Source: a virus (taxonomy: Duplodnaviria; Caudoviricetes). From it: a stretch of 64,000 bases of DNA. A program made the translations under genes and the position numbers. The notes beneath the pieces are model-generated. The model was given only the letters and a program-made list of their open reading frames with translations, was not told the origin of the DNA and searched no databases. This document shows positions 8,470 to 18,502 of this stretch, one piece after another (within the stretch, counting starts at the first letter, position 1; each line of letters begins with the position of its first letter). Location: positions 1 through 64,000 of IMG/VR virus record IMGVR_UViG_2772190730_000001. One strand, given 5' to 3'.

Positions 8470-9582
8470 ATGCCGAGTGCGCCCAAGCTGTGTGCCGCCG
8501 CCCGTCCGTGCACTGCCTGCGAACCCGAGAAGACTGAGCCGCACTGCCGGCCGATGAAGGATGTGCACCTCGACTCCTGCGCCGACCCCGAGACCTGCCG
8601 CGGCTGCATGCCCCGCCTCGCCCGCCCCGGCTCGGAGGTCTGCGACAACTGCCACACCTCAACCACTGGGCCCCTCGACCAGATCGCCGAGCTGCACGAA
8701 GATCTGCTGACCCCAACGAAGGCGACCCGAGCCAGCCAGAAGGTGCTCGGGTCCGAGCCGGCCGCGGCCCTCGCCGATACCGCGCTCGACGCTCGCGCCG
8801 CGATCGAGCAGTACCTGACCCGCTGGAACGTCTACCTCGACCAGACTGTTGGCGCGTTCCCCTGGGGCAAGCAGCTCACGGAGGGCCGCTGGATGATCGC
8901 ACCACCCTGGTCAAAAGCACGCTGGCTGGCCGAGTCCTGGGCGCCGGAGCGCACCGTCGCAGCCATGGCGGTCCGGCTCAGCCGGCACGTCGACCGGCTC
9001 CTGGCCGACCCCAGCCAGGCCGACAAGCTCGTCCACGACACAGTCACCATCGCGGCTGACGCTCGGCGCCGCGCCTACCCGGCCCAACCTCAGGGCAGGT
9101 ACATCGGGACCTGCCCCGTCGGCGGCCCAGAGGGCGTCCCCTGTGGCGGCCTCGTCCGCGCCGACATCGACACCTCCACCCTGACCGGGTACGCCCAGTG
9201 CTCCACCTGCAAGACCCGCTGCCTGATCGAGTGGTGGCAGGCGCAGATGCCCTCCGACCAGCAGCCCTGGATGGGGCTGAAAGCCCTGCGCTGGCACTTG
9301 GCCCTGCACCACCACCGGCAGCTCTCCGACTCCACCATTCGCAGCTGGGCGCGCATGGTCAGCGACCCGGAGGCATACGCGGCCGGGCCCGAGCCCGAGC
9401 TGCGGCACGTCTGCGAGCTGGCCACCCGCCGGGCGCTCTACAACGTCGCCGAGGCCGTGGACCTGTGCAAGCTCGAGCGGCGCCGTGGCCGGCCCCGCAT
9501 CGCCCAGGCCGTAGCCACCGCCGCGGCCGCCGTCACCGTCGCTCAGGCCCTGACCCGAACCGACCTCATCCGGAGCTCCTGA
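8470..9582 (+). CDS. Phage Cys-rich zinc-binding protein with C-terminal HTH (putative late regulator)
   Basis: Several CxxC pairs (CDNC, CSTC) and an HTH-like segment QLSDSTIRSWAR; GAGGG RBS. Confidence 0.7.
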   Translation: MPSAPKLCAAARPCTACEPEKTEPHCRPMKDVHLDSCADPETCRGCMPRLARPGSEVCDNCHTSTTGPLDQIAELHEDLLTPTKATRASQKVLGSEPAAALADTALDARAAIEQYLTRWNVYLDQTVGAFPWGKQLTEGRWMIAPPWSKARWLAESWAPERTVAAMAVRLSRHVDRLLADPSQADKLVHDTVTIAADARRRAYPAQPQGRYIGTCPVGGPEGVPCGGLVRADIDTSTLTGYAQCSTCKTRCLIEWWQAQMPSDQQPWMGLKALRWHLALHHHRQLSDSTIRSWARMVSDPEAYAAGPEPELRHVCELATRRALYNVAEAVDLCKLERRRGRPRIAQAVATAAAAVTVAQALTRTDLIRSS

Positions 9583-9596
9583 CCCGCAAACGGCGA

Positions 9597-9645
9597 AGAG
9601 CCCGCCACCACCCGGCCCCGAAGGGCTCGAGCGGTGGCGGGCTCT
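9597..9645. terminator. Bidirectional intrinsic terminator
   Basis: 13-bp stem AGAGCCCGCCACC/GGTGGCGGGCTCT between convergent genes. Confidence 0.75.
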
Positions 9646-9672
9646 CGCACGCGGCACGCGATGGCGCAGACG

Positions 9673-10224
9673 CTACTCGGTACCGGTCCCGACCCAGCGA
9701 ACCTGGAGGCCGACCTTCCGGATCCCCGGATCCACACCCAGGCTGCCGCCCGAGTTCTGTGCCACGAACATCTGGATCACATCGTCCGTGCTGAAATGCT
9801 TGTCGAAGATCACGCTCAGCGTGGTGATCTGGGACGGCGACGCATCCCGAGTATCACTGGACAGGAAGCTCCCGCCGGTCGGGCTGCCGTCCGCGTTCTG
9901 CCGGATGGTCAGCCGCCGAAACCCCGCGGAGTCGCTGAGGAACCGGGCAAACGCGTTCACGTGGTAGATCCCATCGGTCTTAATGGTGATCTTCGAGTTC
10001 TCGCCGCCCGCGACGGAGTGCATGCCGTCGGTGTCCCACTCCTCCCCGGCCAGGCCGAGAAGTGTGTCCACCCCGCCGCCCGGGATGGTGCCCTCGACGT
10101 CGCGGTACGCCGACACCGAGGGCGGGTTCCCGACGAAAGCGAGGTAGTCGGCCAGGTCACCAAGGTAAGAGTCCGAGACCCGCTGCCCAGCCAGACGGGT
10201 GGGGACGGCCGGTGGCGCGCCCAT
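9673..10224 (-). CDS. Minor tail protein, C1q/TNF-like jelly-roll
   Basis: KTDGIYHVNA-type beta motif; last gene of the tail module. Confidence 0.6.
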   Translation of the reverse strand: MGAPPAVPTRLAGQRVSDSYLGDLADYLAFVGNPPSVSAYRDVEGTIPGGGVDTLLGLAGEEWDTDGMHSVAGGENSKITIKTDGIYHVNAFARFLSDSAGFRRLTIRQNADGSPTGGSFLSSDTRDASPSQITTLSVIFDKHFSTDDVIQMFVAQNSGGSLGVDPGIRKVGLQVRWVGTGTE

Positions 10225-12452
10225 CAGGGACTCACCCGGGCGTCAGGCGCAATGAACACATCGCGCCCGGCCTTGTGCGCGGTCGGCAGGGTGCCCCGGG
10301 CGCCCCGAGCCACCGTCACCGTCTGCGGGCTGAAAGTAGCCGCCGGCGGGGTCTGAATCGTCATCTGCTCTCCGTCGATCTGGATGGTCAGCGGGTAATC
10401 CCCGGCCGCCCGGGTCAGCTGATGACCGGGCGCGGTGATGGTCAGACTGGTTGCCCCCGCGGTCAGCGCGCTGCACTTCGCGACCCCGGCCTCCCAGCCG
10501 ACCCGGCCCAGGTAGTCGTCGCCCACGATGGACTCAGCGGGAGAGTCGGCAGGCAGAGTGGTGAAGGTCCAGCGGGCGCTGGTGGGGCCGATCTCCTCAA
10601 CCCAGGAAATCACGTGGCAGTCGAAGCTGGAGATGCCGAAGATCTTCGGGTCGAGTCCGGTCACCCGGAGCCGGGCCCCGGGCCGCAGCGCGAGGAACAC
10701 CGGCCACAGCGTGGAGTCGCTGACCGCGGTGGCCAGGTCCACGCCGAACTTACTCAGGCTGAGCCGCTTGATCCGGCCGACCTGCCACGCCGCAACGCTC
10801 TTCGCTGCGGCCACGTCGACCGCGCACGTCTCGATCGTGCCCGCGTCCCGGATCCCGCCCAGCGCCTCGGCCGCCTCGTCGATGTAGACGGCCTCGCCAT
10901 CCGGGCACGTCGCGGTCGCCCGGGTCGGAGTGTCCGCCACGGTCAGGCCCCACTCGTGGCCGGCCGAGATGTCGTCGTCCTCCCACAGCCGGATCACCGC
11001 GGCCGCCGCCGTGGGCCGGAACTCGGGGCCGGTCAGCAGCTCGACCCGGTCCGCTGCCGGGTTGTGCCAGATGCACCCGCCGACCGTGATGGCCAACTCG
11101 CTGATGCAGTCCAGCTGCGGTCGGCCCATCGAGGAGTGGATCGCGACCATGCGGGTCTCGTCTCCCACGATGGCCTGCCCGCCGCCGTAGGTGCGCCACG
11201 CCATCAGGTCGCCCCACCGCCGGGACGTCGAGTGCTCGAACCCGTTGCGCTGGTAGTCCTCGAGCCCACCGAACGTCGCCGTGCTCACCATCAGCCCGGC
11301 AAAGCTCGAGGTCACGCCGCGCTGCTGGGCACCCCGGTTGTACGGGGACATCTGCCCGCCGGCCACGATGTACTCCTGGTCCAGGAGGCTGTGGTCGTCG
11401 ATACCACGCACCACCGCGCTGTCGTCGTAATAGAAGCTCAGCCGGTCGGTGCGTGACTGCCAGATGAACATGGAATGCCAGGCGCCATCAGCAGGTTTCG
11501 TATCAAACACGCCGCACAGGACGTTATTCGAATCGCGCAGCTCCAGCTGGAAAACGCCGCTGTCCGGGACGGACTCCGCGTACCTCAGGTGCCAGATCAG
11601 CGTGCCATCGTCATCGCCGCCGGCCCGGCCCCGGCGCCCGGACAGCAGCATGTCGTACTCCGGCAGATACGGGGCATCGCCCTCCAGCCGGAACCACACC
11701 ATCATCGTCTTCATCCCGCGGCCGTGGCGGGCCAGGACCACCGGGCCCCGCCCGGTCTCGTCCGGGGTCACCGTGACCGCGCCCTCCATCGTCAGGGCGT
11801 CCGGGTCCAGCCGGGCGATCTGGCCCCGCCTGCTGTTCGCCAGGACCCGCACCGCCGGCAAGCCCTTCCCGGCATACCCGGTGTTCCGGAAGCTGGTGGC
11901 GCCGTCCTCCTCGCCGAACATCCACACATCGCTCACGCCGCCGGCGCCCTTGGCCAGCGCGTTCCACCGCTCGTTCACGTCAGACTTCAGGTTCTGGCTC
12001 GCGGCATCCGCGAGCCGATCAGACGCCGTCAGGGTCACGGTCCCGTCGAACTGCGCATCGGAGAACGTCGGGTTCAGGCCGTCGATCCGCCCGAGGAAAC
12101 GACGCTTGCGCAGGCCGGCCGGGCTGGTCACCCAGTACTCGACCGCGGCCCCCAGCGTCAGATCCGGGTAGTGCGGCGACCCGGGATTGTCCGGCGTGTA
12201 CGCCCCGGACCGGTTGCTCAGTTCGGCCTTCAGCGTGCTCGGCTGCGGTGCCTCCACCTCGGAACTGCGGGACTGGAACGCGACCTCGGTGGTGCCGATC
12301 ACGTCCGCCGAGAGGTCGACCTTCACGCCGCCGATCGTGACCAGCAGCTCGTGATTCCACGTCGGCGCCGGCACACCCGGCACCTCGATCTCACCGGGAA
12401 TCCCCGGGTACGTCGAGGCCCCGGGATAGGTGTCAGGTCCAGCCCACGCCAC
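10224..12452 (-). CDS. Minor tail/baseplate hub protein with LamG-like domain
   Basis: LSNRSGAYTPDNPGSPHYP motif typical of actinophage tail proteins; central beta-rich domain. Confidence 0.7.
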   Translation of the reverse strand: MAWAGPDTYPGASTYPGIPGEIEVPGVPAPTWNHELLVTIGGVKVDLSADVIGTTEVAFQSRSSEVEAPQPSTLKAELSNRSGAYTPDNPGSPHYPDLTLGAAVEYWVTSPAGLRKRRFLGRIDGLNPTFSDAQFDGTVTLTASDRLADAASQNLKSDVNERWNALAKGAGGVSDVWMFGEEDGATSFRNTGYAGKGLPAVRVLANSRRGQIARLDPDALTMEGAVTVTPDETGRGPVVLARHGRGMKTMMVWFRLEGDAPYLPEYDMLLSGRRGRAGGDDDGTLIWHLRYAESVPDSGVFQLELRDSNNVLCGVFDTKPADGAWHSMFIWQSRTDRLSFYYDDSAVVRGIDDHSLLDQEYIVAGGQMSPYNRGAQQRGVTSSFAGLMVSTATFGGLEDYQRNGFEHSTSRRWGDLMAWRTYGGGQAIVGDETRMVAIHSSMGRPQLDCISELAITVGGCIWHNPAADRVELLTGPEFRPTAAAAVIRLWEDDDISAGHEWGLTVADTPTRATATCPDGEAVYIDEAAEALGGIRDAGTIETCAVDVAAAKSVAAWQVGRIKRLSLSKFGVDLATAVSDSTLWPVFLALRPGARLRVTGLDPKIFGISSFDCHVISWVEEIGPTSARWTFTTLPADSPAESIVGDDYLGRVGWEAGVAKCSALTAGATSLTITAPGHQLTRAAGDYPLTIQIDGEQMTIQTPPAATFSPQTVTVARGARGTLPTAHKAGRDVFIAPDARVSP

Positions 12453-12467
12453 AACCAGTCACCCCCG

Positions 12468-15400
12468 TCAGAACGCAGCCTTGTAGGCGTTCGCCGCGTT
12501 CGGGTAGTTGCCGGTCATCATGCGGTGCTCGAATGACGGGTCCGACCCGATGTCCTCGTAATAGCCCTCGAAAGCGAGAATGTCAGCGATCGAAACGAAA
12601 ACACCCTTCATCTGGTTGATGAAGTACGGGTTATCGCCAGCGCCGCCAGCAGCGGAACCGACGAGCGCCCATTCCTCCACGCCGATCTGTTTCGAGTTGG
12701 CGCGGCACCAGGTGGCAATATCGTTGAACCCGGGGGACTCGTTGAGGGTGCCGTTCCAGTTCCCCGAGTTCGTTGCCGGATACCAGTCGTACGTGTCGTA
12801 CCCGACAACATCGAAAATGGTCCCGTACGCGTGGGTGCCGAGGAGCTGGTTGTAGACCGACTGCCAAGTCGTGCCCGCGCGCTTCTGACCGCGGGTCATG
12901 TTGATGCTGATCTGCACGTTCGGCGCGTACTTCTTCACCGACAGGCTGACGTTCTTCACGGCCTGCACGTACGAGTCCACGCTGTTCTGTGTCGGCTTGC
13001 CGCCGTTCTCGTTTCCCCAGCTCCACTTGTACCAGTACCCATTGCATTCCCAGCCCAGGCGAAGAATGAAACGGCGGGTATTCAGGCCCCGTGCCACGAG
13101 AGTCTGAGCGAACGCTTCCCACCGGGCATTGTTGTTGCCCGCGGCTGTCGCCGAGTTGTTCTGCGCGCCCTCCGTTTCCGGCTGCGGCGGAATGCAGTAG
13201 ACGATGTACCCCGGCCAGCTCGTCCACTCCGTGGGGATGTGACCATGCATGTCGTCCCACGTCTGCCGCGGCGGGAAGTGCAGGAACCCGTCGACCGGGC
13301 GGTCCCGCCACGTGCCGAAGCTGTTGGCCAAGGCGGGGGTGTCCGGCGCGTTGCCCCACTTGGCCACGCCCGAGTTCCAGGGCATCCCGGACCGGCCGAC
13401 CAGCGGAACACCCGTGCCACTCGGCTCCGGCGCTCCACCTCCACCGCCGCCCGGGCCAGCGCTGCCCCCGCCGCCGGAGCCCGGCTCGGTGGTGCCGTCC
13501 CCACCGAACGCCTCCTCCGGGTCCACATAGGTGGTCCCGGTGACCGCGGACCCAATGCTCTCCGTGCCGCCGTCGGCCAGGCCCGACTGCAGCGTGATAC
13601 CCGAGCTCGCGGTGCCAGCCCGGGTGTAGCTCCCGGTGCCGGGGAAGATCTCGTTCGACCGGAACAGGGCGCCCGTGTTGCCGCCGCCGTCGAAGAACTC
13701 GGCTCCACCCAGGTCGTGCATAGTGTTGCCGGTGACCCGGGCGTTCGGGCAGTTCGTCAGGGCGACGCCCTTCGGCGACCAGGACAGGTCACAGCCGTCG
13801 ATGCGGATCGTGTCGCAGCCCCACGCCATGATCTGCCAGCCCGACCCGATCGGGTCCTCGATCGTGACCCGCGACAGGTGCGTCCCCGGCGCGTTCACCA
13901 GCTGCAGCGGCCCACACCGGTGGAGCGCCACGTTCTCCAGGGTCAGGTTCCGCACCACGTCGTTCGGTCCGCCGTCGATCTGGAACGGAGCAATCACATC
14001 CCAGAACTCGCTGTCCCGCACGACGAACCCAGTGGAAAGCTGAGTGTCGTCGCCAGGCAGCTTCACCATCTTGATCCCGATGCGCGCACCACGGACGACG
14101 CCCTGCCAAATGTTGTCCGCGCAGTCCGGGATGACCTCGATCGCGGCCCCGTGGTAATCCACGACGAGGCAGTCGACCGCCGTGTTCGCGTTATCCCCGG
14201 GCCGGTGCGACGGGTTCCCCCACTTCCACGCGGTCCGCTCGTGGTCGCTGTCCGGGGTCCGCCTGGTGCCGCCCTGCGCCGTGCACGAAACCGTCTTGTT
14301 CCGGCCGCAGTCCGCGCCGTGCCAGTCGTAGTCGCTGATCCGGGCATCCGTGGAAACGCAGCCGTGCGCCTCGCATCCGGCGGCCCCGTTGAACCACAGC
14401 ACCGAGTGACGGCAGCCCGTGACGGCCAGGCCCTTCACCGTGCAGTTTGTGGCCCCGTAGAAGCTCACTCCGTACCCGCGGCCGGCGTCGGTGTCGCTGG
14501 GATTGGCGATGGCCCCGCCGATGGCGTGGCAGTCCAAGGAGTCCGTGAACCGGATGGCGTGGCCGCTCCAGCTGACGCCGCCGTCGCCCCCGCCGATGAT
14601 GTGCGCGTTCGTGATCACCACGTTGTGCGCGTACCGCACCTCGATGGCGTGCTGCCCGTCCGCCTGCTGCGCTGCGAAGCTAATCCGGAAGTTCCGCAGC
14701 TCCACGTCCTTCAGCGCCTCGAGCCGCTCGACCCGAGCCGTCTGCGCCAGGTCGTAGGTGTGCTTCAGAGGATGCGAAAGCTTCAGGTGAGTCGCGTCTG
14801 GGACCTCCGCGACGATCGCGACCTCTTTGTGCGCGAAGTTGCCCGTCTGCACGTCGCCGTTGCCATCGAGCGTATTGGTGTCGTCGAGGATCCGGACCAC
14901 GTCGCCGACGTGGAAGATCCCCGCGGTGGCCAACGTGATGAGGGTGTCCCCGAGCGCGTTGGAACCGGCGGTCATCGCCGACTGCACCACCAGAGTCAGC
15001 TGTGATTCCTTGTTGCTGAAGGTCGTGTCGTTGACCGCCTTGAACTCCTTCGGCAGGCCGTCGACCACGGTGATGGTCAGGGCGGTCCGGTCGATCGCCG
15101 AGACGAAGCTGTGAAAGATCTCGGTGTTCGGCACGCTGCCGCTGGCCGTGCGCTTCCCCCGCAGGCCGATGTAGATGCCGGGCACCCAGTCCGCTGGGAT
15201 CTGGTCGACGTGCAGGACATGCGAGCCCAGCGGCGCATCAGCAGTGAGAGCAGGCTTCGCGTTGAAATCGGTGGGCTGCTCCTCGATCACACCCCACGGA
15301 CGGATCCGGGCGTCCGTGCCCAGCAGCAGCTCGACATCGGACTCCAGCACCACGCCGCTGGCCGAGATCGTCACCGTCGAGTTGATGTAGCACTTCGCCC

Positions 15401-15695
15401 CCGGCGGACCATGGATCAGCAGGTGCGTGGACAGTTCACCGTCCTCGACCGCGTCCAGCGCCGCCTGGATTGCCGGTCCGTCGTCGGTCACCCCGTCACA
15501 CGCCAAGCCCGGGATTACCGCACCAGCGCCAGCCACCCCTGCCACCGCAGCGTCCGCAGTGGCCTGCGCTGCAGCAGCTGCAGCGACCGCCTCGATCAGG
15601 CCGTCCTCGATGTGATCCAGCGCCGCGGCCATGATCGGCGTGGTGTGGTTCGGCTCGTCTTTCCACAACCCCGGGTAGTAGCGGTTATAGGCCAC
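12468..15695 (-). CDS. Tail spike/fibre: pectate-lyase-like beta-helix plus C-terminal GH26-like hydrolase
   Basis: CDGVTDDGPAIQAALD beta-helix cap, Gly-rich linker, RLGWECNGYW and GVEEW GH26-like catalytic motifs. Confidence 0.8.
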   Translation of the reverse strand: MAYNRYYPGLWKDEPNHTTPIMAAALDHIEDGLIEAVAAAAAAQATADAAVAGVAGAGAVIPGLACDGVTDDGPAIQAALDAVEDGELSTHLLIHGPPGAKCYINSTVTISASGVVLESDVELLLGTDARIRPWGVIEEQPTDFNAKPALTADAPLGSHVLHVDQIPADWVPGIYIGLRGKRTASGSVPNTEIFHSFVSAIDRTALTITVVDGLPKEFKAVNDTTFSNKESQLTLVVQSAMTAGSNALGDTLITLATAGIFHVGDVVRILDDTNTLDGNGDVQTGNFAHKEVAIVAEVPDATHLKLSHPLKHTYDLAQTARVERLEALKDVELRNFRISFAAQQADGQHAIEVRYAHNVVITNAHIIGGGDGGVSWSGHAIRFTDSLDCHAIGGAIANPSDTDAGRGYGVSFYGATNCTVKGLAVTGCRHSVLWFNGAAGCEAHGCVSTDARISDYDWHGADCGRNKTVSCTAQGGTRRTPDSDHERTAWKWGNPSHRPGDNANTAVDCLVVDYHGAAIEVIPDCADNIWQGVVRGARIGIKMVKLPGDDTQLSTGFVVRDSEFWDVIAPFQIDGGPNDVVRNLTLENVALHRCGPLQLVNAPGTHLSRVTIEDPIGSGWQIMAWGCDTIRIDGCDLSWSPKGVALTNCPNARVTGNTMHDLGGAEFFDGGGNTGALFRSNEIFPGTGSYTRAGTASSGITLQSGLADGGTESIGSAVTGTTYVDPEEAFGGDGTTEPGSGGGGSAGPGGGGGGAPEPSGTGVPLVGRSGMPWNSGVAKWGNAPDTPALANSFGTWRDRPVDGFLHFPPRQTWDDMHGHIPTEWTSWPGYIVYCIPPQPETEGAQNNSATAAGNNNARWEAFAQTLVARGLNTRRFILRLGWECNGYWYKWSWGNENGGKPTQNSVDSYVQAVKNVSLSVKKYAPNVQISINMTRGQKRAGTTWQSVYNQLLGTHAYGTIFDVVGYDTYDWYPATNSGNWNGTLNESPGFNDIATWCRANSKQIGVEEWALVGSAAGGAGDNPYFINQMKGVFVSIADILAFEGYYEDIGSDPSFEHRMMTGNYPNAANAYKAAF

Positions 15696-15698
15696 GGG

Positions 15699-18476
15699 TC
15701 ACCGCCTTCCGGTCGTAGCGAGGGTCTGCGGCCGGTACCCGCGCGACACCGCGCGCTTGGCCATGCCGTCGAGCTGGCGGAAGACGTTGGATTCGTCGAT
15801 CACCGCACCGGCGTGCAGGTGGTAGTGGTTGTGGACCTCTCCGCCGGAGTACCGCTGGCTGCCGGACAGGGCGACCGCCCCGGGCCGCGAGAGGCCCGAC
15901 AGGGCACGGGATGCCGCCTTGTGCTGCGACTGCACACCCATCACGAACCCCAGGCCCGCGTACCGTCCGTCCTCGGCCAGCGCCCGCGATGGGCTCTTGA
16001 TCTTCAGCTCGTCGCGGATCGCCTTCCGCAGATCCTTGGCCAGCCCCTTGGCCGTCTTGATCAACGCGCCCCGGGACTTCTTCAAACCGGCCACCAGGCC
16101 CTTGGCCGCCTGGACCCCGACGTTGAAGTACTGGTTCCCCAGGCCCGTCCCGAGGCCGGACGCCGTCTTGCCGATGGCCCGCTGGATCCCGTTGATCTGC
16201 TTGACGGCCTTCGCCCCACCAGACGCCAGAGCAGCCGCATCGTCGGCGCCGCCGTCGACCCCGGCGTTCAGGATCTGCTCCAGCGTGGTCCGGTTCAGAC
16301 CCCGCTTACGCAGGGCATTGATGTTCGCCGTGAATGCCCGCAGCTGCTTGAGGCGGTTGCGGAGGTAGTTGACGTAGTAGTCGGCCTTCGGTGTGCCGCG
16401 CCGGTCCGGGTCCTGCTCGAATCCGGTGAGAGCCGTCGCGGCGATGAGGTTGTCGTGGATCTGCTTGATGTAGTCGGCACGCTTCTTCACGATGTCCGTG
16501 AGCTTCGACATCGCCGTCTGCAACTTGGCGGTAAGGCTTTTCGCGAGCTTGACCAGCTTGTTGTTGCTGTAGTCCTTGGTCTTCTCGATGCCCTTACCGA
16601 CACCCTTGCCGAGGCCCTCCCCGAAGCCCTTGCCCACGCCGAGGCCGCCGCTGTACGTCGGTGGCGGCGCGGAAACGTTCGGGGTTCCGAGGGTGACCTG
16701 CTGGGTTCCGGCCGGGTCCTTGATGACCCCGAGACCCTGCCCGAAGCCGCCGTACTTGCCGTAGCCGAGCAGTCCCGCCGGGCCGGTCGCGGACACGTTG
16801 TACCGCACGTTCACCGCGGTGCTGACCGACGTCGGGATCGCGGCCAGGCTGGTGCGGACACCGTCGATGTAACCGCGGGCGTTGGCGAAGGCGCCCGCGA
16901 CACTGCTCATGGCCCCGCCGATGCCGGGGATGTGACTGGCTGCCGAGAAGAGCTTTTCGAAGGCCGACAGGATCCCCGACACCGCGGCCAGCACCACGCT
17001 GGCCGCCGCCCGGAACGCAGCCTGGACGATGGCCCGGAAGGTATCCGACTTCTTGTACGCGATGACCAGGCCGACGACGAGCAGGCCGATCGCCGTCACG
17101 AGCAAGCCGATCGGGTTCATGTTCAGGGCCAGGCCCAGAACCCGGAAATAGGTCACGGCGATCTTGATCGCCTGTCCCAGCTTCCCGAAGACCTCGATTC
17201 CCTTTTCGACGCCACCAACGACCTTTTGGATGGGCCCGATCGTCCGGGCCACCCCAGCACCGATGACGAGCATCGGCATGATCGACGGGGCGAGCAGCGC
17301 GAACTGGGCGGCCAGGGAGTTGATGGTCGGGGCCAGGGTGATGATCAGACCCGAGATCGTCGTCAGCGTCCCAGCGAAACCACCGGCCAGGCCCTGGACC
17401 ACGGACCCGATGGCCGGGGCGATCGAGGCCAGCGCGGCCCCCACCGCAGGCAGGGCCGCCGAGATCTGCTGGGCGCCCACCGACAGGGCAGCGAACACGG
17501 TCTGCAGGCCGCCCTGGAACGCGGGCCCCTGCACGGTGGTGGCCACCGACTGCAGGACGGCGTTCAGGTTGGCCAGCGGCGCCAGGCTGCCCCCGGCCGA
17601 AGCGGCACCGAACACCGAGGCCAGGATCGACCCGACCGTGCCCAGCGCCTGGCCCAGCTGCATCGTCACCTGCAGGCCGGACGCCATGAACGCCTGCAGC
17701 TGCCCGGTCTGGCTGACATGGTCCAGGAACACGGCCAGCGACTGCGCTGCGAGGCCGAGCTGCTGGGCCAGGCCCGGCAGGAACTGGGTACCGGTCGTCG
17801 TCAGGGTCAGCAGCGACGCCGCGGCCGGCCGCAGCGCCTGGCCCAGGATGTAGACCGCGGTGGCCGTGTTCCTGAGGATGACCTGGATCTGCTGCAGCTG
17901 CTCCGGCTGACCCAGGAAGCTGCCGAGACCGGAGGCTCCCGCGCCGGCGTTCGCGGCGATCGCCGAGAGCTGAGTCCGGAAGGCCGGGATCAACTTGCTC
18001 GACAGGGACTGGATCTGGCCCGCGAACTGCTGGAAGAAGTTCTGCTGGATGTTCAGCCGCAAGTTGTCCAGCGCGGGCAGCATCGTCCGGATCGACCTGG
18101 CAGCCTGCTGCGCGGCTGGGCTCAGGTATTTCAGCTGCTCGGCGAACTTGTCCTTGTCCCGGATCTGCTCGAGCGCGTCGCTGAATCCGAGGGTTGCGAG
18201 CTTGAGCGTGCCGAAGGCCGCCCCGCCTGCAGCCGCCACCGCGGGCAGGACGGCCGCGGCCCCCGCCAACCCGACCACCGCGGCCGAGAGGAGGTTCATG
18301 GTGCCGGGCAGGGCGGTGGCGGCCGCACCCCCAGCGAAAACCTTCATGGCCGTGCCGAGGCCCTTGAGCTTCAGCCCGGCCTTGTCGGCCTCGTCGCCGA
18401 CCTTCTTCAGGGTCTTGCTGGCGTTGACGTCCCGGCCGAAGAGGCGGAAGACGAGGTCCTTGTTGCCGTCGCCCAT
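15699..18476 (-). CDS. Tape measure protein
   Basis: 925 aa, Ala/Gly/Leu-rich, MNPIGLLVTAIGLLV motif, directly after the tail assembly chaperones. Confidence 0.9.
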   Translation of the reverse strand: MGDGNKDLVFRLFGRDVNASKTLKKVGDEADKAGLKLKGLGTAMKVFAGGAAATALPGTMNLLSAAVVGLAGAAAVLPAVAAAGGAAFGTLKLATLGFSDALEQIRDKDKFAEQLKYLSPAAQQAARSIRTMLPALDNLRLNIQQNFFQQFAGQIQSLSSKLIPAFRTQLSAIAANAGAGASGLGSFLGQPEQLQQIQVILRNTATAVYILGQALRPAAASLLTLTTTGTQFLPGLAQQLGLAAQSLAVFLDHVSQTGQLQAFMASGLQVTMQLGQALGTVGSILASVFGAASAGGSLAPLANLNAVLQSVATTVQGPAFQGGLQTVFAALSVGAQQISAALPAVGAALASIAPAIGSVVQGLAGGFAGTLTTISGLIITLAPTINSLAAQFALLAPSIMPMLVIGAGVARTIGPIQKVVGGVEKGIEVFGKLGQAIKIAVTYFRVLGLALNMNPIGLLVTAIGLLVVGLVIAYKKSDTFRAIVQAAFRAAASVVLAAVSGILSAFEKLFSAASHIPGIGGAMSSVAGAFANARGYIDGVRTSLAAIPTSVSTAVNVRYNVSATGPAGLLGYGKYGGFGQGLGVIKDPAGTQQVTLGTPNVSAPPPTYSGGLGVGKGFGEGLGKGVGKGIEKTKDYSNNKLVKLAKSLTAKLQTAMSKLTDIVKKRADYIKQIHDNLIAATALTGFEQDPDRRGTPKADYYVNYLRNRLKQLRAFTANINALRKRGLNRTTLEQILNAGVDGGADDAAALASGGAKAVKQINGIQRAIGKTASGLGTGLGNQYFNVGVQAAKGLVAGLKKSRGALIKTAKGLAKDLRKAIRDELKIKSPSRALAEDGRYAGLGFVMGVQSQHKAASRALSGLSRPGAVALSGSQRYSGGEVHNHYHLHAGAVIDESNVFRQLDGMAKRAVSRGYRPQTLATTGRR

Positions 18477-18502
18477 GCGGGGTCACCCCCGCCCGGAACT
18501 GG

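Noticed and set aside
12831-15005. 724-aa plus-strand ORF and similar long Arg/Pro-rich ORFs (16594-18486, 41737-43554)
   Set aside because: Off-frame or antisense shadows of better-supported genes.
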